Source: Octopus bimaculoides
Taxonomy: Eukaryota
Direction: 5' to 3'
Length of the DNA stretch: 39,857 nucleotides
NCBI RefSeq assembly: GCF_001194135.2
Contig: NC_068988.1
Span: 4,542,299-4,582,155, forward strand
The position numbers were made by a program, and so were the translations under genes. Position 1 is the first letter of the stretch. Each line of letters begins with the position of its first letter. Positions 12,773 to 25,993 of the stretch are shown in pieces. The notes beneath the pieces are model-generated. The model saw only the letters and a list, made by a program, of their open reading frames with translations. It did no database searches and was not told the DNA's origin.

Positions 12773-14123
12773 TGTTTCAGTATATGTGGAGGGGGCATTC
12801 CTGTTGAACTAAGCCATCAGTATTTTAGCTTTAAATGTAAGAATTTTATCTAAAATATCACTTACTGAAGAGTGACAACCAGGAGGATTCTTTCGCTTTG
12901 GAATAAACAAAATTTTTCAACGAACAAAGCAACTATGATTTGAGAAACGAGGAAAGTGAAGACATATTTAGCGTTCGTGGTGGTATTGTCGGATGTAGTG
13001 GGAAGATGTTCCTTACTTAGTGAACGAATGCCCAGTAAAAAGATATCAGTTGTTTGAGATTATGTGTTTTGCGTCTATAATAGCAGCGCAGCTACTTCAG
13101 GAGTGAAAGACGCCAGTTACAAGAGTTCAAAATATTTTTGGTTGTAAACTTTGGTCAAATATAAACGCGGGAAGAGCATAACTTGTAGAACGATTTAAGG
13201 GATCTCACTTGACTTGAAGAACGATTTAGGGGGTCTTACTTGACTTGTATAAAATAATATCTCGTTTGGCAAAATGGTTAACATCGGAGATTCTGGACGT
13301 TGCTCTTGGACAATATCTGTGACATTTAAATAAGGATCATAGAAACTATTAACACTACATCTCACCTCATGCATACCAAATACACAAGAAAGATTTAAAG
13401 ACAAAATACACTTGAAATTGAATTATTGTTCCAACTTACACTTGCATGAAAACAGTAAGATTCCAACATTTTTAACTTCCTTATTATGTCGCATGTATAT
13501 ATATCTCAAGGGTTTTTATTTTTTTAAAGACATATTCCAAATAACTGCTGCCTGTAATCATAGCAAACTGATCATTGACCTACAACTATTGGAAAGAAGA
13601 CAAAGGAAGCTATTTACTTGATCGAGATAAGTAATCGTCTTAAGGGCCGAAGACAGTGATGTTAGATGTGAGGAACGTGTCGATAAAATCCGTAATGTAT
13701 GAGTATAGATTTATGCACGAATACAACGGTAAATGTTGAGATATCTGGATACTCAAACCAGTCAGGAATATTCTCTAATCGGTCAATTCCTTTTCGCAGG
13801 GAAACGATTCAGAAGATTGTTGTTCTCCAAATACATGCTTTTACTCCCACCACTTCGTTTTCTCGTATTGGTTATATACTGATTTAAAACCTATTAAAGG
13901 TCATCAAGCATCTAATAAAGATATCGTAAACCTACATTACAATTCAGGGCAGAGATTTATATCCTGTATGTTAATGTTAACCGTGTCTCTACTTTTATTG
14001 CATAGAGGCGATTAAAATTGCTAGTATAGTATGTATGTATATGTGCGTGTGTGTGTGTATGTATATTATATGATTTGATTGCGAACGTATTTGTGTGCAC
14101 GCATATACAAATGAATGAATATA

Positions 14124-14170
14124 NNNNNNNNNNNNNNNNNNNNNNNNNNNNNNNNNNNNNNNNNNNNNNN
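14124..14170. other. Assembly gap (N run)
   Basis: 47 N next to a TA repeat. Confidence 1.
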
Positions 14171-14693
14171 ATATATATATATATATATATAAAGATATAT
14201 GTGTATAAACACGCTTATATTAACACAATGCACACGTTCTTTTATTCTTAAAACGATATTTAGATAAATGTTAATTCATACGTATTACCATTAAATATAT
14301 ATCCAGATGATCAGTCGATACATGATTACAAACTGAAGAGAAAGTGCTCTAGTGTGCAATTGAGGTAATATTTAAAATCGTAACGTTCACATTCCAAACG
14401 AATATTAAAGAAATGAAAATCAGTGAATGGTCTCTCGAATATTATGTAGTGATTTCAAACCGTTTGGTATATTGGCTGTGTAAACTGTGGTTTTGGAGGC
14501 ATACAGCAAACCCATATAGGGAAGGAATTAGTGAGCTAATGTTGTTTATGATTCTAGGTACTTTATGGCTCATTTCTGTTAGATATTGTAACAATTTCTC
14601 TGGGAAGTGAATTTATGAATTCCTTTGTATTTAAAGTAAATCATTATACATAAATAATATTGTTACATAGCAGTTCCGGCCTTACACTAAACA

Positions 14694-14777
14694 GGTTTCA
14701 AAGTTTGGTGCCGGCCAGCAATTAGGAGGAAGGTGGGGAGTCGATTACATCTTCCCTAATGTTCAACTTGTAGTTAT
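14694..14777 (-). mobile_element. 3' half of octopus-type tRNA-derived SINE
   Basis: Reverse complement aligns by eye with 15127-15210 (gtaatcgac...aattgctg...tttgaaa). Confidence 0.7.
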
Positions 14778-14789
14778 ATATCTTATTTC

Positions 14790-15012
14790 TACTTTCATTC
14801 TCTTATTTCCCTCTATATTACCTATGTCCTCCTTATCCATAATAATTCGAACTCAAATATTTTCTCACACCGTCTCTGATGAAGGGATATCCATAATATA
14901 CCAGAAACAGCTGTAAGACTATTTCATAATTTAATTGTCTGTGTTATTTTTGTATGTCCCCACATGTGTTGTACTAATATTTGTGTATACCCTTTATGGT
15001 AAATAAAGAAAT
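14790..15012 (+). mobile_element. Probable Penelope-like element pseudo-LTR/3' fragment
   Basis: Pyrimidine-rich lead-in, minimal hammerhead motif, AATAAA at about 15002; this layout is typical of PLE pLTRs. Confidence 0.55.
14872..14919 (+). ncRNA. Minimal type I hammerhead ribozyme motif (possibly degenerate)
   Basis: Stem I GUCU(14872-75)/AGAC(14916-19); core CUGAUGA (14876-82); imperfect stem II GGGAUAU/AUAUACC; GAAA (14904-07); stem III AC/GU with palindromic AGCU loop; GUA cleavage triplet (14913-15). Confidence 0.7.
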
Positions 15013-15013
15013 T

Positions 15014-15210
15014 AGAATCGTTAGCGTGCCAGACAAAATGCTTAGTGGCATTTAATCCGTCTTTACCTTCTAAGTTCAAATTTTGACGAGGTAGACGTTG
15101 CGTTTCATCCCGTCTTGGTCAATAAAATAACTACTAATCGATCACTGGCGTCGACGTAATCGACCTGTTCCTTCCCTGAAATTGCTGCATTTGTGCTAAA
15201 GTTTGAAAGC
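15014..15210 (+). mobile_element. Octopus-type tRNA-derived SINE, near full length, diverged
   Basis: agaatcgttagc...atgcttag...agttcaaatt (B-box-like)...gtaatcgac...tttgaaa; homologous to other copies in the window. Confidence 0.8.
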
Positions 15211-16097
15211 TTGATTTTTTCACTTTAGTATGTCCGAAATATATTTTTCTATTAATTTGATTCAATAAGTTTTTTTGCTTGGAGAAATTGTTAAAGCGAT
15301 GAAACTCGTCACAAATTATTTCTAATGCCTGTTTGATCAGTCGAGGAATGAAAAGCAAAACTACTGCTACAAGATTAGAACACAGAACATAAGTAGCTTC
15401 AAATGGATGCTCTTAGACATTTAGGCAAAGACTCAGACTGCAAATTATCAATGGCAATAATAAATATTCAATATCTTATCCATAAATATAGCGGGGATTT
15501 AAAAATATTCCAGTCTAATATTTTCACCACCATATTCTCTAAAACTATGCAAACTACGAGATTAAACACATCAAAGATTGCTAATATACAGTAATCATGG
15601 ATCGATTTGTGAATAAGCATCACATGAATAAAACACTTTTAAAACGCCCATTTCGCTCGCGTGCCAGTGTGCAAAACCTATTCGTGAAAATCTAATATTT
15701 ATAACCAAATATAAAAATTAAAATTTATCAGATATATCGCGTATTGTTCACATTCAAAGAAAAAGAAATCTTGAAAATGCTACACGCTCTACTTCTAATA
15801 TAGATAGATAGATAGATGCATACATGCATACATACAGGCAGGCAGACAGGTAGATAGACAGATAGTGTTAGGAAATTATAAATTAGTTTTTCATGTTGCA
15901 CTGTAAGATTAGGATGGAGTCCATTGTGAAAATGGGGGAGGCTTGGTGTTATTAGCCAAAACTGTGAAACTCTAACAAATTGGCGAGACCTTGCCAAACC
16001 TTTATAAGCAGTGATAAGCATTTCTTTGCGACAGTTTTTTTTTTTTTTTTGTGAGACAAAAGTTGTTCAATTGAATTCTGGAAGCTATGATTTCCTG

Positions 16098-16153
16098 TTT
16101 AGTTTATGCACTTTGTGGATTTAGTTTATGCAGTTTGTGGATTTATTTTATGC
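16098..16153. repeat. 22-bp tandem repeat, 2.5 copies
   Basis: tttagtttatgcactttgtgga / tttagtttatgcagtttgtgga / tttattttatgc. Confidence 0.85.
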
Positions 16154-16577
16154 TTCAGGAATTCGCCAGAACTTTTTTCAGCTTTAAAATAATTTGTGTC
16201 ACATCTGGGTGAGTACAAAAAACCCAAGTTATGTTATAATATCTATGTTAATTTTGAAGCCTGCATTTGTAGTAAGTTTGCTAGCTATGTTCCCTTAAGA
16301 TAAATGTTAAAATTTGTATAACTAGCTAAAGGGTGTATGAATTTAATTTTTTCATGTAGCCAATTTATTGTATTAGACAACTAACTGTAAATTTTGTTTA
16401 ATGGTTAGTGAGTAAGCATGTACGAACCAGTTTTGTGTGAATTTAAAGCAAACTAGCTTTTTGTTTGACTATTTAATATTTTTACTATAATTGTTGATGT
16501 AGTTTGGTAGCCGTTTTGTGTCATGAACATGAACTTTTAGTTTAAACGGTTGCTTTGACATTAGATTTATGTTTAGG

Positions 16578-16755
16578 CCCGAAGTTTGAAATCCAAGGTT
16601 CGAAAACCGAATTTGTACTAAAATTCAAATCCAGATTTTATGAAATCCAAATTTTTGGAATCTATAATTTTGAAAAACCAAATTTGTGAGCCAGTTTTTG
16701 AGTGAGGCCAATTTTGGTGAAACCCAAAACCGGCATTCTGAGTCCGAAGTACTGA
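16578..16755. repeat. Degenerate ~15-bp minisatellite (CCRAAWTTT..GAAA-like, about 11 units)
   Basis: Recurring ccgaagtttgaaat, ccagattttatgaaat, ccaaatttttggaat, ccaaatttgtgag, ccaattttggtgaaac. Confidence 0.5.
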
Positions 16756-17579
16756 ACTATATTTATGTTACCTTTGTAAATATTTTGACAGTACATCTGG
16801 TGTGGCATTGTTTTTTTTTTGTTCGTGTATATATTTGTTTTGTATGTGGGCTGTTTTTTTTATGCTGACAATTGTTGTTAATATTTTACAAAAGACTTCG
16901 TGGTGTGTTGTTTTGGGTTCACCCTTTCCTCGTTGATTTTGTAAATTCGGGTTATGGCCACCAGGTAGTAACGATATAGTCAGACATGCATGCATATACA
17001 TGCATTTTCACTTTGGCACACGCAATTATATAATATACATACGACTACAGTGTCTTTAACTGCTGCCACAACGTTTGCGATTAATCTAAAGTTTTTGTAT
17101 AACTCATTACTCCTCCACTTCCTTTCACCGTTCTTCCCTTTATTACTGTTGTTGTACATCTCTTACTTACACCCCTCCTCTAGTTTCTCTCTAATCTCTT
17201 TCCCTCTTTGCACATTTTCCAAAGTTATTTTCTTAGGCCTAGTTTAGACGTTCGAATTACGCCCCGCTCCCAAAGTCTAAGAAGATTGCATAAAATGAAT
17301 TTTGCGCACGGATCGCAGTTAGTTTCCTTGAAGTCAGGATTTTATTTGATATTTGTATAACATTCGGTTATATTGTAAATTCTACGTTTTTGTTTTCCTT
17401 TATGAGGCAAACTTCATTTGTTTTCTTACGTTACAGAGATTAACACGTCACTCTAGTTAGCTGTATATACGTCACTGCTTTACATAATTCAATTTATATA
17501 ATCGGTTTTCTTCTCTCCCTCGAATTTTACCCGGCAAACTGTTTGTAGCCTGATGTCCTTAATTCCTGTTCAAATATTT

Positions 17580-18720
17580 TGAAGGGCTTGGAAAAGAAAT
17601 ATTAATAACGTGGCCTTCGCTTTTAGAGATAAAATTGTCTGGAATGAAAATAGTTAAAATCTAGAATATTTACAGAATGTTTTCTACATTGTTGTTTGAT
17701 GATGGAGATAAACATCACAACGTAAAGACTAAAAGAGACAACTAGGAAAACTGCCACAAGGAAAACTTTGAAGCGGTCGAAATGAGATAAGGCAAAGACT
17801 TTAACAGGCTGAACAGTTTGATTTAAAAATCGAATCGCAACACAACTGATAAAAAAATATTTAGAGAATTGTTTGCCAAATTTGTGAGAGCAACATAACA
17901 ATCACATTCTGAGATCAAAAACATCCATAGAAATAAAGAAGAAAAGGATCTTTGAAACGTATGACAGAGAAAAAGTTTTTAAAAAAAATATCATTGTAAA
18001 GCTATTCTGGACTGTGATTCGGATATGCTTCACTAAGCCTAGAATCCACTTGTAATAGAAAAAGAATTATTCGTTAGTCAGGTTTTCAACTATGAAATAG
18101 CAACATTTTTTATTTAGAAATACTTTCGCTTGTTGTTGAGAAAAGTTTACAATAACAGGGTTTTTTTTTCTGCAAAGACAGAATCAACAATAGAAAGGAA
18201 CCAATATATACAGCATGAACATTATCCACAAGCTGCATTGCGAAGCACCGAAGAAACCCCGTGTCCCAGGCAGATCGAAAGACATCGTCCTGGACTACTA
18301 CAACAGCTTTAGCCTGAAAATTTTGTTGGGTTATAAAATTCCAGGCTGTAGAAAAACATCTACCATTTCAGTTGTTATTTTTCATGCTTATGACCAGGCT
18401 GGTGAAATCTACAGACAGTTGATCACCAAGTCAAGGTTCTCGGAGTCTGCTCATTAAAGCTTTTATAGATAGCATTTATGGTTTTAACCACATCAGTCTC
18501 GGACCAGGCGGATCTTAAAGCGACTAGAGGAATTGGGTTAGCTTCAAGGCAGCGAAGGTCAATTTCTAGAGCTGAAGAAAGGAAAGATCATCACCCAGAT
18601 ACCATCTATAACTAAGAAACAATTAAAAGGACGAGAAAGTTGCTTGACTAGTCATGAGAGAGACCTCATCCATCTAGGCTACCAACCAAGAGTTTGCAGC
18701 TTGACTTGCTGCAGATAAGT
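17580..18720 (+). pseudogene. Decayed coding-like, purine-rich stretch of unknown family
   Basis: Overlapping 60-80-codon open segments in shifting frames (e.g. TRRILKRLEELG*LQGSEGQFLELKKGKIITQIP); no diagnostic motif recognised. Confidence 0.25.
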
Positions 18721-19039
18721 CAAACCTGTCAAGCTAATTCAAGGCTTGGTAACAAACGTAGTTTCTTTATCTCTTTTGTATTGTGAGGTCTCTATATCCA
18801 CAGTCAAGAACTTTCAGAGAAAGGCAGCAGTTTTCTACGAAAGCACCTTAAAACCTGAATAACAAAAGTCCCGAACGGGCTCAACAACAAACTGAGAAAC
18901 CAGAAAGTAATATTCATGATTTCTAGTAAAAAAGAAGTGCTGAAATATCGAAAAATGTGTAAACCAAGAGTCTCCCATGGAGGTATCGAGGTCAGTATAA
19001 AGATAAATTGAATGGAAGCAGAGACTATCTGTGTTTGTA

Positions 19040-19113
19040 TCTCTCCCTCCATCCCTCTCTCTCTCTCTCTTTCTCTCTCTATGTTCGTATCTCTCCCTCA
19101 CTCTCTCTGTTCG

Positions 19114-19147
<34 letters not shown>
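19040..19147. repeat. (CT)n microsatellite, interrupted
   Basis: Direct. Confidence 0.9.
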
Positions 19148-19148
<1 letters not shown>

Positions 19149-19214
19149 TTTAATACAATAATTACTCTACACATATATATACCTTTCCGATGAATTTTCC
19201 AATATTGATTTCAT

Positions 19215-19965
19215 GATAATAATATATTATAAAATATATATATATATGTATGTATATGTGTTTATATGTATGTATATGTGTTTATATGTATGTATATGTG
19301 TTTATATGTATGTATATGTGTTTATATGTATGTATATATATATGTTTATATGTATGTATATATATATGTTTATATGTATGTATGTATATATATATATGTT
19401 TGTATGTATGTATATATATGTATATATATATGTTTATATGTATGTATGTATGTATGTATATGTTTATATGTATGTTTATATTTTTATGTATATATATGTT
19501 TGTGTGTATATGTGTGTATGTATGTATGTACATGTGTATATTTGTCTATATATTTGTATATTTGTTTGTATATATTTGTAGCTGNNNNNNNNNNNNNNNN
19601 NNNNNNNNNNNNNNNNNNNNNNNNNNNNNNNNNNNNNNNNNNNNNNNNNNNNNNNNNNNNNNNNNNNNNNNNNNNNNNNNNNNNNNNNNNNNNNNNNNNN
19701 NNNNNNNNNNNNNNNNNNNNNNNNNNNNNNNNNNNNNNNNNNNNNNNNNNNNNNNNNNNNNNNNNNNNNNNNNNNNNNNNNNNNNNNNNNNNNNNNNNNN
19801 NNNNNNNNNNNNNNNNNNNNNNNNNNNNNNNNNNNNNNNNNNNNNNNNNNNNNNNNNNNNNNNNNNNNNNNNNNNNNNNNNNNNNNNNNNNNNNNNNTAT
19901 ATATATATATATATACATACATGTGTGTGTATGTGTGTATTTGTATGCATTTATATATGTATGTA
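19215..19965. repeat. Complex TA/TG/TATG simple repeat, including a 20-bp tandem unit (tatatgtgtttatatgtatg), spanning a gap
   Basis: Direct; explains the MYVY/ICIY ORFs. Confidence 0.92.
19585..19897. other. Assembly gap (N run)
   Basis: 313 N. Confidence 1.
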
Positions 19966-21991
19966 TAAACCCCTACACATACACCATTCCTAACTTTTGA
20001 CGGGGCTATATAGACAGTGACGGAAGCTCTATTTCTCCCTTGTCAGTTCGATCATCTGAGATTCTTTAACGGAGATAACACAGTTAAGTATACACATGAC
20101 GGCAGACATTTTTTTCTTGTCAAATGTACCTTGATAAACAATATTATTTATGTACGAACTATTAAGCACGTTTTTCATTTCATTAACGTGTTACTTATGG
20201 TAACAGAATTTGAGAACGATTTCAATTTATCCTGGGTCTGGTTTAGCATGATCGTTAATGTGTATTATAGCAACCATATTGAAGTAAAAAAAATCTACAT
20301 ATATCATAACGAATATAACCAATTTACTCCCGCTTAAAACAAGTGAAAGAAAACAAGTAGCTGAACGGATTATTTTAGTAATTTATAAACAAAACCATGC
20401 TTTTCATTTGAATGCAACATTCTGTAGGGATTCAAACAAAAACTAGTCTTGCTCTGCCGTTAACATCAAAGTATAAAACTAAAAAAATAAAGAGTTCAAT
20501 ATTCAATAGTTGGCATTAATCCAGCTCTTCAGCCGCCGACATTCAAATCCATTTGGAAAATTGATAAGCAAAACAAGTTTTCTGCTTCAAACCGATAATC
20601 TAGAAATCTACTCATTCGCAGTTCACAAAAGATTTATGATATTTTTTTTCTGCATGTACTTTCTATTCAAAAGGCTTATTGAGTTATTTGCTTGTATAGT
20701 TCATCATTAATATGTTCCTTTGGGTTTAAGTGTGGGTATGAATAAAACTAAAGCAATTTTCTTTATTGCTAATGTAAAAGTAATAAAAAAATCTCTCAAC
20801 CCTTGATATAAAAAATGATAAATTCTCTCCATTTATCTCTTAATGTTTGGCTTTTGAAATGCGAAACCACCATTCTTTTCTCCCAGGACGAGTTTGATCT
20901 TGTTATTTTTGATATGAAATAACATTCATATAACTGCAATAAATAATCTATGCATTCAGTTTATGGTACAGAAACTTTATTTCTAGTTGTGTGTGTATAT
21001 ATATATATACACACACATGCATGTGTATATACACACACACACGTACGTTGCGAGACAGAAATTTGCAAATTATGTATTTTATTTTACATTGCAAAAATAC
21101 TATTTTCACACCTTCTTATATTTGATAATATTTCAATAAGTCTACCGAAAGATATCAAATAAACACTTCAATGTAATTATTTTGTTTTGAGATGTTCCCA
21201 AAGAAATTCACTGGCATGTGGAAACTCAGCTTCCCACAAGATAGGATTCTATATCTATTCCAAGCAATCAATAGTATTTTCAATCTACGAACAGCATGTT
21301 TGTTTATTCTTTGTTTTGTTTTTTTGCTTAGTTTCGTTTAGTTTTCGATTTCCATGCAGTTAGTTTCTGTAAACGAATTGTGAAAATCACTTTTAAATTT
21401 CCATTCTGCGAGAAAGTACTTTGCCATTTATCTTTAACTCAAGAATCACTAAAACAAATTTTGTTATTTTATTGGACGTTGTCAGTGTGTTTATTTGGAC
21501 ATGAGGTGGGGGAGGGAAGGATTTTATTAATGACTAAAGGGTACAGGAATGTATTCAAGGTAGAATTCCATCGCACATAAAGACATAATTATAATAGAAT
21601 TAACAGAAAGTGTTTACGGTCACAATTGGCAAATCAAGCAGGAAATTGTGAATTAAAAAAAAAAAATCACATTCACTAACATCATGCACCAGTTGGTTTG
21701 TAATACATGTATATATAATATATATATATATACGTATATATATATATATATATATATATATGATTAAATATTTTTATATGAGTATATGTGTATGAGTGTC
21801 TAAATACATAAAAATATACATACATATATGTGTATGTGTATACATGTGTGTGTGCCTATACACACACAAATATACATATATATTTTTGTATTTTTACTAT
21901 GTTCACACATACATATGTGTGCCTATATCTGTGAACAAATGTATAGACATACGAATGTATTCAAAACCGTGTATATATATATATATATATT

Positions 21992-23165
21992 ACACTCTGA
22001 AACTTCTTGTCATCATACCAAGTGTCTTTTTTATTTTGTTCGTGTCCCTCTCTAATCCTGTTCCAGAACTTGTTGCGGTGTAGGGGGGGGGGGCATTTAC
22101 CGTTTTTGTCATCTCTTAGAATGCGTTCGAATCTTGTTTTCGCTCCTTTGTACATTTTGATTCTATCGTACTGTGTATCCAGAACGTTGCATTCGGAATA
22201 TGTATTGCTGGATGTGTCGTCCTTCTTGTTGTTGGCATAGTGGGGATACATTCCTCATTACTCTGCCAAAAGGATGTTGATCTTGGTAGTATTTGACATC
22301 GCTGAGTCACTACGGATTACCAGTGGGTTAGCCATAGGTTTACAATAGTGTGAGTGGAGTAAACAGGGTTTAGCAGTTCCGTTAATCATAGTATTTTCTA
22401 ACCACAGCTCAGTATCTAGGACAGGTAATCTATTACTGGGGTGTTTAGAGGGTATTCTACGGTAACCTTTATACTGTTATGGATAGTCAGCTATGTGTTG
22501 TATAGCTGTCATCACCTGTTCTTCATTTAGTAGAGTGTCCATATCTGTCTTACTATTACATTTCACGACAAGGTTAACGTCCTCAACGTATCGAGAGTAC
22601 ATAGCTAAGTGGATGTTACGGGTCGCTTAGCAGTGTAAAATGTTTGCCTCACCATACCATGAAGAGGTTAGCAACATCACTGGCGATTCCTACTCCAATA
22701 GCGCCTTAAAAATATGGTTTCTAAGAGTAGTTCTAAGGCTGACACCGATAGCGTGTTCGACAGTAGATGTGATGTCGTGTACATCTGAAGGTCGGTAGTC
22801 TGGCTTCGTTCAGCCATGCCAGCGTTCACTGTAGGTCTTTTTGTATGCAGAGGTTATGGTAGGTTGTTTACCTCGTTTGTTACGGGTGGGATAAGCCTAT
22901 ACAAGATTATTGCGGTACAAGGCAGGGTTAGGAAGAGGCCTAGTTCATATACGTCCACATTTTTAAATATCATTATTACTCTCACAAATTAACTCGATAC
23001 ATTTTTCGGTAGCAAAGTCTACATCAATGGAAGGATGTAGTGACACCACATCCATGCTACCTACGATGTGGTCACTGAGGTCACATGTGTTGTTGCATAC
23101 ATCTGCAAATAACTCTATTAAGGGTCGTATAAATTGTGAGAGTATATACGAACAATTTTACAGCG
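21992..23165 (-). mobile_element. Penelope-like element reverse transcriptase remnant (possibly Naiad clade)
   Basis: Minus-strand translation with stops and frameshifts: LSQFIRPLIE...VGSMDVVSLHPSID (RT motif A)...GVGIASDVANLFMVW...MYSRYVEDVNL (RYVDD-like)...IKVTVEYPSKHPSNRLPVLDTELW...HSHYCKPMANPLVIRSDSAMS...RVMRNVS; truncated into (TA)n before any GIY-YIG domain. Confidence 0.85.
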
Positions 23166-24440
23166 GTGTATGGACCTTTCGGTACGTTTTTGAATTTTTT
23201 CGAGCAGCAATTTCGAAATTTTAACTAAATAACAACTTAATATTTCTAATGATGAAGACCAACATAATTCATTCCTTAAATGATTCTTCTATTATCAGAA
23301 GATGGAATCTGTTTTTTTTTTTGTTTTTTTTTAAGTTGGAAGGTATTCCATTCTTACCAATTTTCTACTTTCACCAATATTTTCTTTTGACTCCATTCAA
23401 TGAATGGATAAACTTGGATTCGGTAAGCACCACCACCAAAAAAGATGCACTTGTACCCATATATGGTGGTTTAGCAGTAAAGCGCAATTGTTGAGAGGAA
23501 AATGGCTTGGCAGTCTAGGCGATGCAGTGTCGATAATAGGGTACGAACTACAAACGCTTTGATGACTAATTTAATTAGTTACTTAGAGCGCTTACAATTC
23601 AGCGAGTCTGAATGCTCCACATTTATGGAAAGTCTGATATTCTGTAAAATACATGGTCCCAGAAATTAGAGATTTTATTGTGTTACATAAAACATCGATT
23701 CTTCGATGTTTTGCAAATCGGTGGAACAGTTAAAAGAAGAGGCATCTTTACATCTTCATTACAAATCAGTAATTTGGTAATCCATATTCCACTTGAATAT
23801 ATTCACGTTGGATGGTCCTTTAAATTCATATTCACCATTCTTTTAATTTCTTGTTGTCGGGACGTAGAGCAGAGATGAAAGCTGATATAGATTTAAATTC
23901 ATTAAATTTCCAATAACCGGATCTGAATTACTCGACGATCGTTTTGATTGAACAGCTTTAATTCCAATACTGAGCAGAATAACACTTCAAAAGGGAACAT
24001 TCTTAGAGATTAATAGGAGAAGTAGAGCTGTTAATGTATCGAGTACACCATGTCATCACAGCTTATGATTATACCTGAAGATACTTTAAGGAAACATATT
24101 GTTATTTGCAGAACAACAAGAATTTCGGTATCGATAGTGCCATTAGAATGCTGGTTTCTTATATTGGCATAAGGAAGCCAGAACATTCTAGTGGAGAAGC
24201 AAAATCCATTAAATCCACTCCAGCATATAATCAGTATTATAATATCAGTTAATTATACGGTGGGTGGAAGACAAGTTCGATATTTGTCGAATTTTAACTG
24301 AAAACGTGAAAGAGTCAAAATTAACTGTTGAGACGCAATTACACTTGCTGTGTGCAACTTTTACAGCACCGCTTTTAATTAAATGAACAGACGATAGAAT
24401 TAGGATATATAATGTGTTTGTAACTTTCAGCCAATTGAAA

Positions 24441-24535
24441 ATGTGTGTGTGTGCGCGCACACGCGCACACACACACGCACACGCACACGCACACGCACAC
24501 GCACACGCACACGCGCACGCACGCACGCACATACA

Positions 24536-24566
<31 letters not shown>
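24441..24566. repeat. Compound (GT)/(CA)/(CACACG)/(CGCA)/(CATA) microsatellite
   Basis: Direct. Confidence 0.93.
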
Positions 24567-24567
<1 letters not shown>

Positions 24568-25934
24568 CCTCTGTGTGTGCAGCTAAATTAACCTTGTTGA
24601 TCACATCTACTACTTAGGTTACATGTAACATACCTTAATACCTAGTGGACTCAGATCCCCGTTGACAGGCCCCTGATTTTGAATAAAGTGTTAACACGGT
24701 ATTCAGATTGATTACTCAAATTCTTTGCAGCTACTGGAATTGGTGAATATATATATAAATAGATTGGCTGCTTGTTTCTCTGGGATTGGTCAAATTGATG
24801 TAGTACCTCCGAGGAGAACCCCAGATTCGAAAATCCATTGAAGCTGTTCAACATTCATTCTAATCTATGAAGAAATTGCTAAATTACGCCTTTTTATATA
24901 TCTACTATATAGATCTCTCTAGATAATTCATGTTTTACAGAAATTCGCGCGGACGTACATACACACACATATATTTATTTACATATGTGTGCGTGGTTTG
25001 TGTGTGTGCTTATATGTGTATATGGGAATTTGTAGCGTATCTTATATCTTTTCATACCTGTTATATATTCATGTTTTTTTTTCGTATCATGTTACTCCAA
25101 TGTAATTTCAGCAACTTGTGCCAATGTAAGAAACCAACTTTCTAATGGCACTATGGGTATCAAAGTTCCTGCTGTTCTGCAGAAAACATATTTTCTTACA
25201 GTATCTTCAGCAACTGGACACAGACACACACACACTGTGTGTATGTAATATATATATATAAATTATACATAAACACACACTTATACCTTTTGTTAGGTTA
25301 ATTAACTTAGCATTGGTTCTATCATTGAAAGTCTATCAACGCTCGCTAATTATGACATAATGTTCAAATATCTTGGAATTCGCTATAACACAAATTAACA
25401 CCATCAAAACTTATAGCATATTACGAAGGAACCCAACGAGTAACCATATGCGTATTTAACAATGCTACGTCTGTGCAAAAAGCTAAACAGGCAAAGAACC
25501 TAACCTGTTACCAGCATTGTCAAAATCCTTTGATTCTTAGTGTATCGATCTATGAAGATCTATTTAGCATCTTCATGTTAAATATTCACATTTATGGTCA
25601 CTTAAAGTATTGTTTAATTGACACAGATTACAAAGGAATTTTCAGTTTTATTACAGAAGATAAATTTAAAGAATGGCCACAGTGAGTTTTGTTGGGTATA
25701 ACATAAAATAAGGAATTCAACTGAACATAACCATTTATTGCAATCAAGAAGTTATGACTTAGTCTCCGATCAGCTCTGATTAGATAGATGTATAATCAAA
25801 GCAGATTGTAGAGTTTCAAAACTATGAGGAGCATACTGTGCAACAGGCCATACTGTGGAGGACAATGAAGAGATTGTAGTGGGAGAAAGAGAGAGTGAAA
25901 ACTGTTGCATGAATTCATCTTTATGCACTTTCAC

Positions 25935-25943
25935 TCACACACA

Positions 25944-25991
<48 letters not shown>

Positions 25992-25993
25992 CA
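25935..25993. repeat. (CA)n/(CGCA)n microsatellite
   Basis: Direct. Confidence 0.93.

Noticed and set aside
19213-20000. ORFs of 120-247 aa
   Set aside because: Simple repeats plus the 313-N gap.
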